A DNA stretch of 64,000 nucleotides from assembly GCA_964403155.1 (NCBI GenBank), contig CAYOEG010000002.1:8147-72146 (forward strand), in the 5' to 3' direction. Of the stretch, positions 52,635 to 63,373 are shown one piece after another. The notes under the pieces were generated by a model. It was not told the DNA's origin, made no database searches, and worked only from the letters and a program-made list of their open reading frames with translations. The stretch's first letter is position 1; each line of letters opens with the position of its first letter. The position numbers were made by a program, and so were the translations under genes. The DNA comes from an uncultured Candidatus Saccharibacteria bacterium. Lineage in GTDB: Bacteria > Patescibacteriota > Dojkabacteria > SC72.

Positions 52635-55600
52635 TTAAAAATTAAGCTCTGGGACATCTTTTATTTCTTTTACTTCTGCTTCGTCTCCTGCAGGTATTAA
52701 TCTACCAATGATTACGTTCTCCTTCATACCTCTGAGGAAGTCTGTCTTACCAAGAATTGCGTTACTTGTTAAGACTCTAACTTGCTCTTGGAATGATACC
52801 GCAGACAAGAAGCTTTCAGTATTCAAAGATGATGTTTTGATTCCCAAAAGTCTTGGTACTACAAGTGCTTTGTTCTTACCTTCCTCTGCAACTAAGCCAT
52901 TCTTTGCATCGGCTAAGAATCTATTCACTAATGATCCTACTAAGTAATCAGTATCTCCAGAATCCATAACTTTTCCAAGTCTTGCCATCTGTCTTAAGAT
53001 TATTTCAATATGGATATCATCAATTGAGACACCTTGCTCATTAAAGACCTTCTGTACTCCATCAAGAATGTATTTCTGTGCAGTAAGGATATCAGATGCA
53101 TCTGCAAGCTTCTTAGGATCTACAGATCCTTCTGTAAGCTGCTGTCCTGCTCTTACGCTATCTCCATCTTGAACAAGGATAGTTATTCCTGGTAATACAG
53201 TTACTACTTCCTCCGCCTTCGCCTTACCTTCAAATCTTAAGATTCCACTATCTATAAATACCTTCCCATCATATGGAGCCTGCTTCTCTACCTCTTCAGA
53301 ATCAATGAACATCAATTGTCCAGCCTTAACTTCCTGCCCATCTTCTACAACAACCTTAGTTGCTTTAGATATGACATAGAGTCTTGGTAATTTCTTCTCA
53401 CCAACAATAGTTATTGTTGCAGATTCATCCTCTGCAATATCAACATGAACCTTACCGGTCAATGAAGATATATCAGCCTCTGCCTTTGGTGTTCTAGCTT
53501 CAAACAACTCCTCAATTCTTGGAAGACCTTGAGTGATATCGACTTTAGCAACACCTCCCTTATGGAATGTCTGCATAGTCATCTGTGTACCTGGTTCTCC
53601 AATTGATTGTGCTGCTATGACACCAACTGCTTTACCCATCTCAACCTCTACACCATTCTCAAGATTTAATCCGTAGCATTTCTTACACATACCCAATGGT
53701 GATTTACAAAGCATTGGTGATCTTACAAAAACTTCCTCCAATTTTGATGCATCTATTAATTTTGCAATCTCCTTAGTTATGGATTCATTCTCTTTAGCAA
53801 TTACCTTACCCTCAATCTTTAGATCCTGAGCAAGAGTTCTACCGAATAGTCTATCAATGTATGAGATTCTTCTATCATCTTCTCTTCTCATTGCTAAGCC
53901 TTCACCCTCGTAACCACAATCATCTTCTCTAACGATAACGTCATGAGCTACTTCTACCAATTTTCTAGTTAAGTAACCAGAAGAAGAAGTCTTAAGTGAT
54001 CTATCTGCAATACCTTTTCTACCACCATTTGCAGCAACAAAGTATTCAAATGCACCAAGACCATCACGATAGTTACTCTTAATTGGCATTGGGACCCAGT
54101 TACCTCTTGAATCTCTAACAACACCCTTGATAGTCAAAACCTGTCTTGCCTGGATCTTACCACCATTTGCACCAGATTCGACCATCTCATATACGGAGTT
54201 ATGTTTGTCTAACTTCTTCCATGCTTCTTCTGCTAATTCATTTGCAAAATCATCCCACATGTTTGTAGAGATATTTATCTTTTCGTTCTTGGTCATCAAA
54301 CCTTGTAGGTAGTTCTCCTGCAACTGCTCATCTTTTTCCTCCATCTTCTTAATTTCATTTCTCATGTCGAAGTCTAAATTACAATCTTCCATAGCGAATG
54401 AGAACCCTAGATCTGTTGCGTACTTGAATCCTAAGAGCTTCATGTTGTCTAACAATACAACAACATCATCCATTGTCTTAGAGTTCTTAATATCATCAAT
54501 GATATTGTTTACAACCTTGTTATTTACTCTCTCGTTTATGAACTTGTAATCCTCTGGTAAGATTGTGTTGAATATTACTCTACCAACACATGTTTTAACA
54601 CTTTCTCCTTTAATTCTTACGATGATCTCTTCATTGATACCAATAACTTCTCTCTCATATGCTCTAATTGCTTCTTCTGCACTTGAGAATACCTTAGGTT
54701 TCTTTGATTCCTCAAGATCTGTCATTAAGTAGAAACCTAAAAGCATATCTTTTGCAGGACTTGCCAAAATCTGGCCATTAGAGATATTGATAATGTTCTT
54801 TGATGACATCATCTCTCTCTCTGCTTCTTTTCTAGCCTCTTCTGTTAAAAGAATATGAACAGCCATCTGGTCTCCATCGAAGTCTGCATTGAATGCTTTA
54901 CATACCAATGGGTGGATTCTGATAGCTTCACCTTCTACAAGTCTAGGATAGAATGCCTGCACACTATATTTATGTAGTGTTGGGGCACGATTTAGTAATA
55001 CTGGCTTGTTCTTGATAACCTCTTCTAATAGGTCCCAGATTATGTCTTCCTGCTCTTCTATCATTTCCTTTGCAATTCTAATGTTTGGAGCTATTTCTTT
55101 AGTCAAAAGTCTCTCAATAACGAAAGGTTTGAACATTTCCAATGCAATAGATTTTGGTAAACCACACTGATCAAATTTCAAGCTTGGGTCACCATCGATA
55201 ACTGCGCGGCCAGAGTAATCAACACGTTTACCCAAAAGATTCTTTCTGAAGAGACCTTTCTTTCCTCTCAAATCATCAGTCAATGACTGATATGGAAGTC
55301 TCTTATTATTCATCATAGCCTTTGATGGTCTATGTGAATTATCAACCAATGCGTCTACAGATTCCTGAAGCATTCTCTTCTCATTTCTCAAGATAACATC
55401 AGGTGCACCGATTTCGATCAATCTTCTTAAACGATTATTTCTGTTGATAATTCTTCTGTACAAATCATTCAAATCAGAAGTTGCGAATTTACCTCCGGAT
55501 AGAGGGATAATTGGTCTTAACTCCGGTGGTAATACTGGAAGAATATCAACGATCATCCAACTTGGATCAATCATATTCTTCTTAAATCCTTCTAGGTACT

Positions 55601-56531
55601 GAATTCTTACAATTGTCGCAGCCTTCTTCTCGCCTTTTTCCTTCTCAACTGCATTTCTAAGCTTCTTAATCTCTTTATCCAAATCCATATTCTGAAGCAT
55701 CTGCTTTACAGCTTCTGCACCCATCATTGCCTTGAAGAAGATCAAATCTCTCTCTTCAATATTCATATATTCGTCTTCACTCAATACCGTTCCAACTTTC
55801 AACTTGTCGATTGTCTGGAAGATCTTTGAGTAGAAGGCATCTAACTGTTCTTCTTTTTCAGCATAATCTTTTCTAACCTTTGCCAAAGCTTGATTTCTCT
55901 TGTGCTCTAGTTGGCTAATCTTCAATTCGTTTGCTTTTGCCTTCTTAGCAGCTTTGATATCCTCTGCGAACATCTCCTCTGTAAGTTTTAATTCTCCTTC
56001 TAATTCACTCTGTAAATCTTCTGCTTCTTGCTTCTGAAGTGTCTCTGCTTTTGATACTATTTCTGCCTTTTTATCCTTCTCTACATCAACAACCATATAC
56101 CTTGTGTAGTATATGACAGAAAGTAATTTCTTGTGAGAAATATTCAAGACAATGGACATCTTGTTAGGAATACCGTATGCAAACCAAACATGTGCTACTG
56201 GTACTGCTAATTCTATATGACCCATTCTCTCTCTTCTTACATCAGATGTTGTGACTTCTACCCCGCACTTATCACAAACAATCCCCTTATACCTGATCTT
56301 CTTGTACTTACCACAGTAACATTCATAGTTCTTAGTAGGACCAAAGATCTTCTCACAGAAGAGTCCATCTGGTTCTGCCCTAAAAGTTCTGTAATTGATG
56401 GTCTCAGCCTTTGTGACTTCACCATATGACCAATCCAAGATTTGATCTGGAGAAGCTAATGTTAGCTTCAATACATCAAAATCTTTCAAGTTCTGTTTGT
56501 TATTTAACTTCTTCATTTGATACCTCCTCAA
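52635..56531 (-). CDS. rpoC: DNA-directed RNA polymerase subunit beta'
   Basis: Zn-finger CxxC pairs; NADFDGDQMAVH catalytic motif; 1298 aa. Confidence 0.98.
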   Translation of the reverse strand: MRRYQMKKLNNKQNLKDFDVLKLTLASPDQILDWSYGEVTKAETINYRTFRAEPDGLFCEKIFGPTKNYECYCGKYKKIRYKGIVCDKCGVEVTTSDVRRERMGHIELAVPVAHVWFAYGIPNKMSIVLNISHKKLLSVIYYTRYMVVDVEKDKKAEIVSKAETLQKQEAEDLQSELEGELKLTEEMFAEDIKAAKKAKANELKISQLEHKRNQALAKVRKDYAEKEEQLDAFYSKIFQTIDKLKVGTVLSEDEYMNIEERDLIFFKAMMGAEAVKQMLQNMDLDKEIKKLRNAVEKEKGEKKAATIVRIQYLEGFKKNMIDPSWMIVDILPVLPPELRPIIPLSGGKFATSDLNDLYRRIINRNNRLRRLIEIGAPDVILRNEKRMLQESVDALVDNSHRPSKAMMNNKRLPYQSLTDDLRGKKGLFRKNLLGKRVDYSGRAVIDGDPSLKFDQCGLPKSIALEMFKPFVIERLLTKEIAPNIRIAKEMIEEQEDIIWDLLEEVIKNKPVLLNRAPTLHKYSVQAFYPRLVEGEAIRIHPLVCKAFNADFDGDQMAVHILLTEEARKEAEREMMSSKNIINISNGQILASPAKDMLLGFYLMTDLEESKKPKVFSSAEEAIRAYEREVIGINEEIIVRIKGESVKTCVGRVIFNTILPEDYKFINERVNNKVVNNIIDDIKNSKTMDDVVVLLDNMKLLGFKYATDLGFSFAMEDCNLDFDMRNEIKKMEEKDEQLQENYLQGLMTKNEKINISTNMWDDFANELAEEAWKKLDKHNSVYEMVESGANGGKIQARQVLTIKGVVRDSRGNWVPMPIKSNYRDGLGAFEYFVAANGGRKGIADRSLKTSSSGYLTRKLVEVAHDVIVREDDCGYEGEGLAMRREDDRRISYIDRLFGRTLAQDLKIEGKVIAKENESITKEIAKLIDASKLEEVFVRSPMLCKSPLGMCKKCYGLNLENGVEVEMGKAVGVIAAQSIGEPGTQMTMQTFHKGGVAKVDITQGLPRIEELFEARTPKAEADISSLTGKVHVDIAEDESATITIVGEKKLPRLYVISKATKVVVEDGQEVKAGQLMFIDSEEVEKQAPYDGKVFIDSGILRFEGKAKAEEVVTVLPGITILVQDGDSVRAGQQLTEGSVDPKKLADASDILTAQKYILDGVQKVFNEQGVSIDDIHIEIILRQMARLGKVMDSGDTDYLVGSLVNRFLADAKNGLVAEEGKNKALVVPRLLGIKTSSLNTESFLSAVSFQEQVRVLTSNAILGKTDFLRGMKENVIIGRLIPAGDEAEVKEIKDVPELNF

Positions 56532-59500
56532 CTTCCTCTACTGAAGATTTGTTTGAAATTAAATCTAAATTCAAGCAAAGCGCATTCAATTCTTTTATCA
56601 ATACTTTGAATGACTCTGGTATGTTTACTGCTTCTATCTTGTCTCCATGAATAATTGCCTTGTAAGCTGCAGATCTACCTTTGATATCATCAGATTTGAT
56701 AGTCAACATTTCCTGCAAAGCATATGGAGAGCTATGTGCTTCTAATGCCCAGACTTCCATTTCTCCAAATCTTTGACCACCCATCTGTGCTTTACCACCC
56801 AATGGCTGTTGAGAAACGGCTGTGTATGGTCCCGTAGATCTAGCATGTACTTTTTCGTCTGCAATGTGATGTAACTTCAATACATACTTGATACCAACAG
56901 TTATCTTGTTAGGGAACTTCTTACCTGTTCTACCATCATACAAGTCTACCTTTTGTGATACATCTCCCTTTGCTTTCTCAATTTCATTCTTCAACCATTC
57001 AAAGTTCTCGCCCTCAAAGATTGGGAATGCTAACTTCTGGTTAAGCATCTTTGCATATCTACCGAAGTGGACCTCTGCTGCCTGACCCATGTTCATTCTC
57101 TTTAGGAATGTTGGTGTCAAAACAATATCAACAGGTTCTCCATCTTCTGTAAATGGCATATCTTCAATAGGTCTAATAGCTGCAATTGTATTTTTGTCTC
57201 CGTGTCTTCCTGCCAATTTGTCTCCATAGTCAACTTTCTTTGTATCTGCAACCCAAACCTTGACCTCATACAATACACCTGGTTGTAATTTATCACCTTT
57301 ATTCGCTGCAAGTATCTGACTTCTAACGACAATACCTTCTTCTCCATGAGGCATTCTCAATGAGTTATCTCTAACATCGCTTGCGGATTCTCCGAAGATT
57401 GCTCTAAGAAGTCTCTCTTCTGCTGTTAATTCTTTTTCACCTCTAGGTGCAACAACGCCAACAAGAATGTCTCCTGCCTTAACTTTTACTCCTGTTCTAA
57501 CGATACCTTGTGCATCTAACTTGTGTAATATTCTGTCATTTACGTGAGGAATATCTGCAGTAATTGTCTCTGGGCCTAATTCTGTATCTCTAATCTGTAT
57601 TGGATATTCTCTAACATGTACAGAGGTAAGAAGGTCATCTCTTACGATTCTTTCTGAAATGATTACTGAATCCTCATAGTTATACCCTTCGTAGAACATC
57701 AATGCGGCTTTCAAGTTTGTACCCAATGAAAGTTCTCCATTTACTACTGTTGGACCATCTACCAATGCATCACCTTTCTTAAATTTGTCTCCAACATTGC
57801 TTAATACAGGTTTCTGAGTAAAGCATGTATTATCATTACTTCTGTAGAATGAGATCAATTCATAGTCTTTAACTCCTGCTTTCTTATATTTAACAGAAAG
57901 TCTTTTAGCATCAACATAGAGAATTTCTCCATCATCTTCAGCATATACACCCCATGAGGATTGTCTTGCGACTACCTCTTCCATACCTGTACCTACTAAT
58001 GGGCTCTCTTGTTTAATCAAAGGAACTGCCTGTCTTTGCTGGTTTGCACCAGTCAATGCTCTCATTGCGTCATTATGTGAGACAAATGGAACTAGGGCCA
58101 TACCCAAACCTGCTTGCTGACCTGCTAATACATCTACGAAATCAACAGCATTGACATCCTCAAGTACAAAGTCCCCTTTATGCCTTACTGGTACAAGATT
58201 ATCTACAATATTTCCTCTCTCATCTGTATTAACTGTTGCAGAAGAGATGTAGAACTTTTCTTCATCCATAGCATCAAAGTAGACAACCTCGTCTGAGATA
58301 AATGGTCTTACATTTACTTCTTTAATTTCTTTTTCAGCAGCTATCTTTCCTGCAATCTCTTCTGTTATTATCTCGCCTGCTTTTGCTAATGTTTTCTTCC
58401 CAGATTTAAGATCTTCTATTAGAGCTCTACCCTCTAAAGCCGCTTTGTTATTCTTCACAGCCTTAGAAACTTTTCTGTATGGAGCTTCTAAGAATCCAAA
58501 CTCGTTGATTCTAGCTAACATTGCTAACTGAGTAACGACACCGATATTTGCACTCTCTGGACTGGTTACAGGGTCAAACTTTGAGTAATGTGAGTTATGG
58601 ACTTCACGAATGGAGAATGTAGCTCTTTCTTTTGTAATACCACCTGGTCCACCTGCAGTTACTTTTCTTTTATTCTCTAATTCTGAAAGAATATTGGTCT
58701 GATCCATGAAGCTAGACAATGCGTTTGCACCAAAGAATGATTGAATAGACGCTGCAATTGGTTTGGTACCAACAAGCATAGAAGGTGTAACCTTCGCATC
58801 CTGCCCATACAAACTCATCTTGTCCTTGATATTTTTCTCTAATCTTGCGATTCCAGCAACTAGCTGTCTCTCAAGAATTTCTCCTACACTTCTGATTCTT
58901 CTATTACATAGATGGTCAATATCATCAGCAGGAATAACTCCATTATTTGTTTGAATCAATCTCTTAACCACCAATACGATATCCTTAGGATACAAAAGGA
59001 CCTCCTCTGGATTATCTATATTGTATGAAGTTCCAAGTTTTCTGTTTAATTGGTATCTACCAATCTTACCAAGATTAAACTTTCTTGCGTTGAAGAAGTT
59101 GCTCTTGATATATTTCTCTGCGCTATCTATGGTGACAGACTCATCTGGTCTCAACTTGTTGTAAATACTGATAACTGCTTCTTCCTTACTCTTAGTAAAG
59201 TCTCTTGCCAATGTAGCTTCTATGAATTTGTTCTCTGCATCTGTATCTACATCTGCAAATAATTTTCTAATTTCGTCATCTGTCTCCCATCCAAATACTC
59301 TCAAAAGCTCTGTTATCAAAACCTTAGGTCTCTTAGGAAGGATTCTCATTGAAATGACATTGTGCTTGTTAGTATCAATCTCGTACCATGGGCCCATACT
59401 TGGCATAAGTCTAACTTTGTGCAAGTTTCTGGTAGGTAATTTCTCACTAACTTCATATAAAACACCCTCTGCTCTTACGATCTGATGTGTAACGACTCTT

Positions 59501-59889
59501 CTAACTCCATTGAATACGAAGACTCCATCTTCGGTCATGATTGGAAGATCTGCAATGAAGATTTCCTGCTCTTTAATTTCTCCTGTCTTATTATTCAAAA
59601 GCTGAACTTTTGCATATACAGGAACTTCGTATGATAGTCCCTTTGCGATAGCTTCTTCTACAGATCTATATGGCTTACCATATCTAAAATCTTTGAACTC
59701 CAAAGTCCACATCTTCTCCATAGTATCCTTAACAGGATTAATCTTGGAGAAAAGCCTTTGGAAGCCACTCGCATAGAAATCATTAAACGAAGCATTCTGT
59801 GCTTCAATTAGACTTGGGAAGTCAAAATTGGAGGAGTATCCTAGTCCCAAATCTATTCTACCGGACCTATTACATTGAGGTTTGATCAT
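56500..59889 (-). CDS. rpoB: DNA-directed RNA polymerase subunit beta
   Basis: Canonical beta-subunit motifs throughout; 1129 aa. Confidence 0.98.
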   Translation of the reverse strand: MIKPQCNRSGRIDLGLGYSSNFDFPSLIEAQNASFNDFYASGFQRLFSKINPVKDTMEKMWTLEFKDFRYGKPYRSVEEAIAKGLSYEVPVYAKVQLLNNKTGEIKEQEIFIADLPIMTEDGVFVFNGVRRVVTHQIVRAEGVLYEVSEKLPTRNLHKVRLMPSMGPWYEIDTNKHNVISMRILPKRPKVLITELLRVFGWETDDEIRKLFADVDTDAENKFIEATLARDFTKSKEEAVISIYNKLRPDESVTIDSAEKYIKSNFFNARKFNLGKIGRYQLNRKLGTSYNIDNPEEVLLYPKDIVLVVKRLIQTNNGVIPADDIDHLCNRRIRSVGEILERQLVAGIARLEKNIKDKMSLYGQDAKVTPSMLVGTKPIAASIQSFFGANALSSFMDQTNILSELENKRKVTAGGPGGITKERATFSIREVHNSHYSKFDPVTSPESANIGVVTQLAMLARINEFGFLEAPYRKVSKAVKNNKAALEGRALIEDLKSGKKTLAKAGEIITEEIAGKIAAEKEIKEVNVRPFISDEVVYFDAMDEEKFYISSATVNTDERGNIVDNLVPVRHKGDFVLEDVNAVDFVDVLAGQQAGLGMALVPFVSHNDAMRALTGANQQRQAVPLIKQESPLVGTGMEEVVARQSSWGVYAEDDGEILYVDAKRLSVKYKKAGVKDYELISFYRSNDNTCFTQKPVLSNVGDKFKKGDALVDGPTVVNGELSLGTNLKAALMFYEGYNYEDSVIISERIVRDDLLTSVHVREYPIQIRDTELGPETITADIPHVNDRILHKLDAQGIVRTGVKVKAGDILVGVVAPRGEKELTAEERLLRAIFGESASDVRDNSLRMPHGEEGIVVRSQILAANKGDKLQPGVLYEVKVWVADTKKVDYGDKLAGRHGDKNTIAAIRPIEDMPFTEDGEPVDIVLTPTFLKRMNMGQAAEVHFGRYAKMLNQKLAFPIFEGENFEWLKNEIEKAKGDVSQKVDLYDGRTGKKFPNKITVGIKYVLKLHHIADEKVHARSTGPYTAVSQQPLGGKAQMGGQRFGEMEVWALEAHSSPYALQEMLTIKSDDIKGRSAAYKAIIHGDKIEAVNIPESFKVLIKELNALCLNLDLISNKSSVEEVEEVSNEEVK

Positions 59890-60004
59890 AAGACGATATT
59901 TTAGTAATGTTATAACATATTACTCTTGCATTCAAGCGGTGAATGATTCCTGCGAACCATTAAAAAGTACCGCGTTGTAAAGCAAAAACATAGGAACTCG
60001 AAGG

Positions 60005-60033
60005 ATATTATCATATTTAGCGGTATTAGTCAA
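60005..60033 (-). promoter_or_regulatory. rpoB promoter TTGACT-17-TAATAT
   Basis: On the minus strand: TTGACT (60028-60033), 17-nt spacer, TAATAT (60005-60010), about 115 nt upstream of the rpoB ATG. Confidence 0.5.
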
Positions 60034-60136
60034 AGGTTTTTTGCGCCTTTTTTACTATTCACTTAAAGTGGTAAGTATTGTATGGTATATGTGTACTTTG
60101 TAAAAATCCTTAATCTGTTTTATCATATACTACAAA

Positions 60137-62383
60137 ATGCCCAGGAAAAAGAAAAAAGAGCCAATCACAATCAAAAGTAACGAACTAAAAATCTTGTTCG
60201 GGATTGTATTGTTTGTACTTGGAATTACAATCACATTAGCACCATTCATACCACAAGATTCGGTGCTTTTTGACACTATCACTTTACAATTAGGATATTC
60301 TGCTATCTCTTGGGGACTTTTACTCATATACATATCATTCTTTTTGCTTACCAAAGGAAAGAGGTTTAAATCTCTTAGACAAGTAATCGGGCTGTTATTA
60401 TTCTCAGCATGTCTCAGTACATTGCTTTCATTCTGGCAGACTCCAGAACAACTTGGTAGTAGTGAAGCTCTTCGAGGAGCCGGAGGAGAGATTGGGAAAT
60501 TCTTCCATATGACTCTAAATGGGACATTTGGGAATTTGATAGAGATAATAATAGTATTAGTACTTCTAGTGGTAGCATTCTCCTTGATTACTGGAACTAC
60601 ACTTGAGCAGATAATGGAATTCGTAGAGTCCCCAATGAAAAAAGATGGCGAAAAAGAGAAATTTAGCCTAGGAGGATTATTCTCTGGTATCAAGATTCAG
60701 GGTGGAGAAGACGGAGAGAAAGAAGCAAGACTTACAGTCCCTATGGAAGAATTAGGTAAAGAACCAGAGATTAGAATGTACGGAGAAGATAGTAAGAAAG
60801 ATGAGGATGTATACCAAGAGCCACAGATCAAGACTGTAAATGAGGATAATTTTCCCGAGAATATTCCTGATGACCAAACCAGGGCAGATGAACTTGGGGA
60901 ACCTTCAAGACCAAAATACACTAATTGGACATTCCCAAACATTGACTTACTACAAGAAGGCGAGGTTCGAAAACAAGACGAGAAACTTTACAGAACTAAA
61001 GCGGAAGTTATTCAGAGCACACTTAAGAACTTTGGAATAGAGGCAAAGGTTGTAGAAATTGCTGTAGGACCAACTGTTTTAAGATTCTCTCTAGCTATTA
61101 CAGTTGGAACAAAAGTATCTAGAATTAAAAATCTTAGCAATGATTTAGCCTTAGCATTGGCATCCCAGACATCTTCAGTAAGGGTTGAGGCCCCTATTCC
61201 GGGAACATCATATGTCGGCGTTGAGATTCCAAATCCAATTCCTAACTATGTGTATACAAGAGATATGGTAAAGAAATTAAGACAAGAAGCAGAAAGATAT
61301 GAACTACCTTTGATACTAGGAAAAGATATCACTGGGAAGACAGCAATTCGAGATCTTAACAAGATTCCACATCTGTTAGTAGCAGGAGCAACAGGTACTG
61401 GAAAATCTGTAGCTATAAACTCCTTGATATTAGGCCTTTTGATGACAAAAACTCCTGACGAAGTTAAATTCATAATGATCGATCCTAAGATGGGTGTTGA
61501 GATGGCTGCATACAATGGTATCCCTCATCTCCTAACCCCAGTTATCACTGATATGGAACTTGTTGTTAATGCTCTTCAGTGGGTTATTAACGAAATGATG
61601 AAGAGATACAGACAACTCAAACAGATGCATGTTAAGAAATTAACAGAATACAACAAGGCACTTGGATATACTGCCATGCCATACGTTGTAGTCGTCATCG
61701 ATGAAATGGCAGATCTAATGCTCACATCTGGAGTTGATGTTGAAGGTAAAATTCAAAGACTTGCCCAGATGGGTAGAGCCGTTGGTATACATCTGATTCT
61801 TGCTACACAAAGACCTACTGTAAACGTAATCACAGGATTAATCAAAGCGAATGTCCCAGGAAGAATGGCGTTTGCAGTTGCTACAGCTATGGACTCAAGA
61901 GTTATTTTGGACGATACTGGTGCAGAAACACTTCTTGGTAATGGTGATATGTTGTTTAAAGACCAAAGCACTCCAAAAGCAATTAGAATCCAAGGCACAT
62001 TTACGTCAACAGAAGATAGTGAAAATATCATTAATGCAATCAAGGAACAAGTCGCAGAAGAAGAAGTTGAATATTCAGAAGATCTTCTCAATGCCATTGA
62101 GAAAGGTAGCAATGACAGTACAGGAGTAAACAAGGGAGGTTCTGAAAGAGATCCAGATTTCCCATTAGCTCTAGAAATTGTCATATCGAATCAGAAAGCA
62201 TCTTCCTCATTCCTTCAAAGAAAGATGAAAATCGGTTACAACAAGGCAGCAAGATTAATAGATGAGCTTTATGAAGCAGGTGCTATTGGCCCTCAAGATG
62301 GTAGCAAACCAAGACAAGTATTGGTATCTTCTCCCAATCAAATATTAAAAACTGGCGATGATGGTGACGTACAGAGTGAATAA
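60137..62383 (+). CDS. ftsK: DNA translocase FtsK/SpoIIIE
   Basis: N-terminal 4-TM domain, linker, motor domain with Walker A AGATGTGKS, C-terminal gamma (KOPS-binding) winged helix LQRKMKIGYNKAARLIDEL. Confidence 0.9.
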   Translation: MPRKKKKEPITIKSNELKILFGIVLFVLGITITLAPFIPQDSVLFDTITLQLGYSAISWGLLLIYISFFLLTKGKRFKSLRQVIGLLLFSACLSTLLSFWQTPEQLGSSEALRGAGGEIGKFFHMTLNGTFGNLIEIIIVLVLLVVAFSLITGTTLEQIMEFVESPMKKDGEKEKFSLGGLFSGIKIQGGEDGEKEARLTVPMEELGKEPEIRMYGEDSKKDEDVYQEPQIKTVNEDNFPENIPDDQTRADELGEPSRPKYTNWTFPNIDLLQEGEVRKQDEKLYRTKAEVIQSTLKNFGIEAKVVEIAVGPTVLRFSLAITVGTKVSRIKNLSNDLALALASQTSSVRVEAPIPGTSYVGVEIPNPIPNYVYTRDMVKKLRQEAERYELPLILGKDITGKTAIRDLNKIPHLLVAGATGTGKSVAINSLILGLLMTKTPDEVKFIMIDPKMGVEMAAYNGIPHLLTPVITDMELVVNALQWVINEMMKRYRQLKQMHVKKLTEYNKALGYTAMPYVVVVIDEMADLMLTSGVDVEGKIQRLAQMGRAVGIHLILATQRPTVNVITGLIKANVPGRMAFAVATAMDSRVILDDTGAETLLGNGDMLFKDQSTPKAIRIQGTFTSTEDSENIINAIKEQVAEEEVEYSEDLLNAIEKGSNDSTGVNKGGSERDPDFPLALEIVISNQKASSSFLQRKMKIGYNKAARLIDELYEAGAIGPQDGSKPRQVLVSSPNQILKTGDDGDVQSE

Positions 62384-62400
62384 GTAGTACAATTGGCGAT

Positions 62401-63336
62401 ATGATAACAGCAGGAGAAGTATTAAAGAAAAAAAGAAATTCCCTTGGGAGATCGCTTGATATATCATCCCAAGATACACGAATACAGAAAAGATTCCTTT
62501 CGTATATTGAGAATAACGAATTTGATAAGTTTGATTCTGAAGTTTTCCTTACAGGATTCATAAAGATATATTCACAATATTTGGGATTAGATACAGAGAA
62601 GGTTCTAGCACTTTACAGACGAAGCGTACCTAAAAAGAAGGTAAAAAAGAATAAAGGAAAAGAACCAAATATTTCAAAATTTAAGAAATCAATACTTACA
62701 CCAAAAGCTTTAGTGACAACGCTCTCCGTGTTATTCTTTTTAATTGTTTTTGGATATATTGGACTTCAGATATATAAATTTCAGAGTCCACCAACACTTA
62801 CAATTAGCAATCCAATAGATGAAGGTACTACAGATCAACCCAGCACTGTTGTTCAAGGAAATACACAACCAGGCGTAATACTCGAAATAAACGGATCTAT
62901 TGTCAACATCGATACTAAAGGCAATTTCTCACAAGAGATAACGTTAAATGAGGGTGTAAATATCATAACTATAAAAGCTAGAAAAAATGCTAACAATATA
63001 TTAGAGACTTCAGAAGTTAGAAAAATCACATATACAAAACCAACAGAACAGGCTGCATCAGAGCCAACTGTAAAAAAATTCAAATTGAAAATAGAAATCA
63101 GCGGAGCAAGTTCGTGGATAAAACTCGATGTTGATGGATCTAATAAAGTTGCAAAAGTTGTAGAACCTTCAACTACAGAATATTCTCTAACCAATGGTTT
63201 CTACATCATTACCGGCCGTTCCGCAAACACAAAGGTATATGTAAATGACGAAATAATAGCTTGGAAAACAAATAATTCTACAGGTGTCGCAGAAATTACA
63301 TGCAACATTTCAGACCAATCATTAATGTGTGAATAA
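62401..63336 (+). CDS. rodZ: RodZ-like cytoskeleton protein (HTH_XRE + TM + C-terminal beta domain)
   Basis: N-terminal GEVLKKKRNSLGRSLDISSQDTRIQKRFLSYIENNEFDKF...FIKIYSQYLGLD matches the RodZ HTH region; single TM in the middle. Confidence 0.55.
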   Translation: MITAGEVLKKKRNSLGRSLDISSQDTRIQKRFLSYIENNEFDKFDSEVFLTGFIKIYSQYLGLDTEKVLALYRRSVPKKKVKKNKGKEPNISKFKKSILTPKALVTTLSVLFFLIVFGYIGLQIYKFQSPPTLTISNPIDEGTTDQPSTVVQGNTQPGVILEINGSIVNIDTKGNFSQEITLNEGVNIITIKARKNANNILETSEVRKITYTKPTEQAASEPTVKKFKLKIEISGASSWIKLDVDGSNKVAKVVEPSTTEYSLTNGFYIITGRSANTKVYVNDEIIAWKTNNSTGVAEITCNISDQSLMCE

Positions 63337-63373
63337 AAGAAACTGCCCCTAGTAAAATGCTATAATTATCTAC

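Noticed and set aside
60034-60136. Hairpin-like AAAGG-ttttttgcg-CCTTT upstream of ftsK
   Set aside because: Only a 5-bp stem with a 9-nt loop in the divergent rpoB/ftsK promoter region. Too weak to call a regulatory structure.
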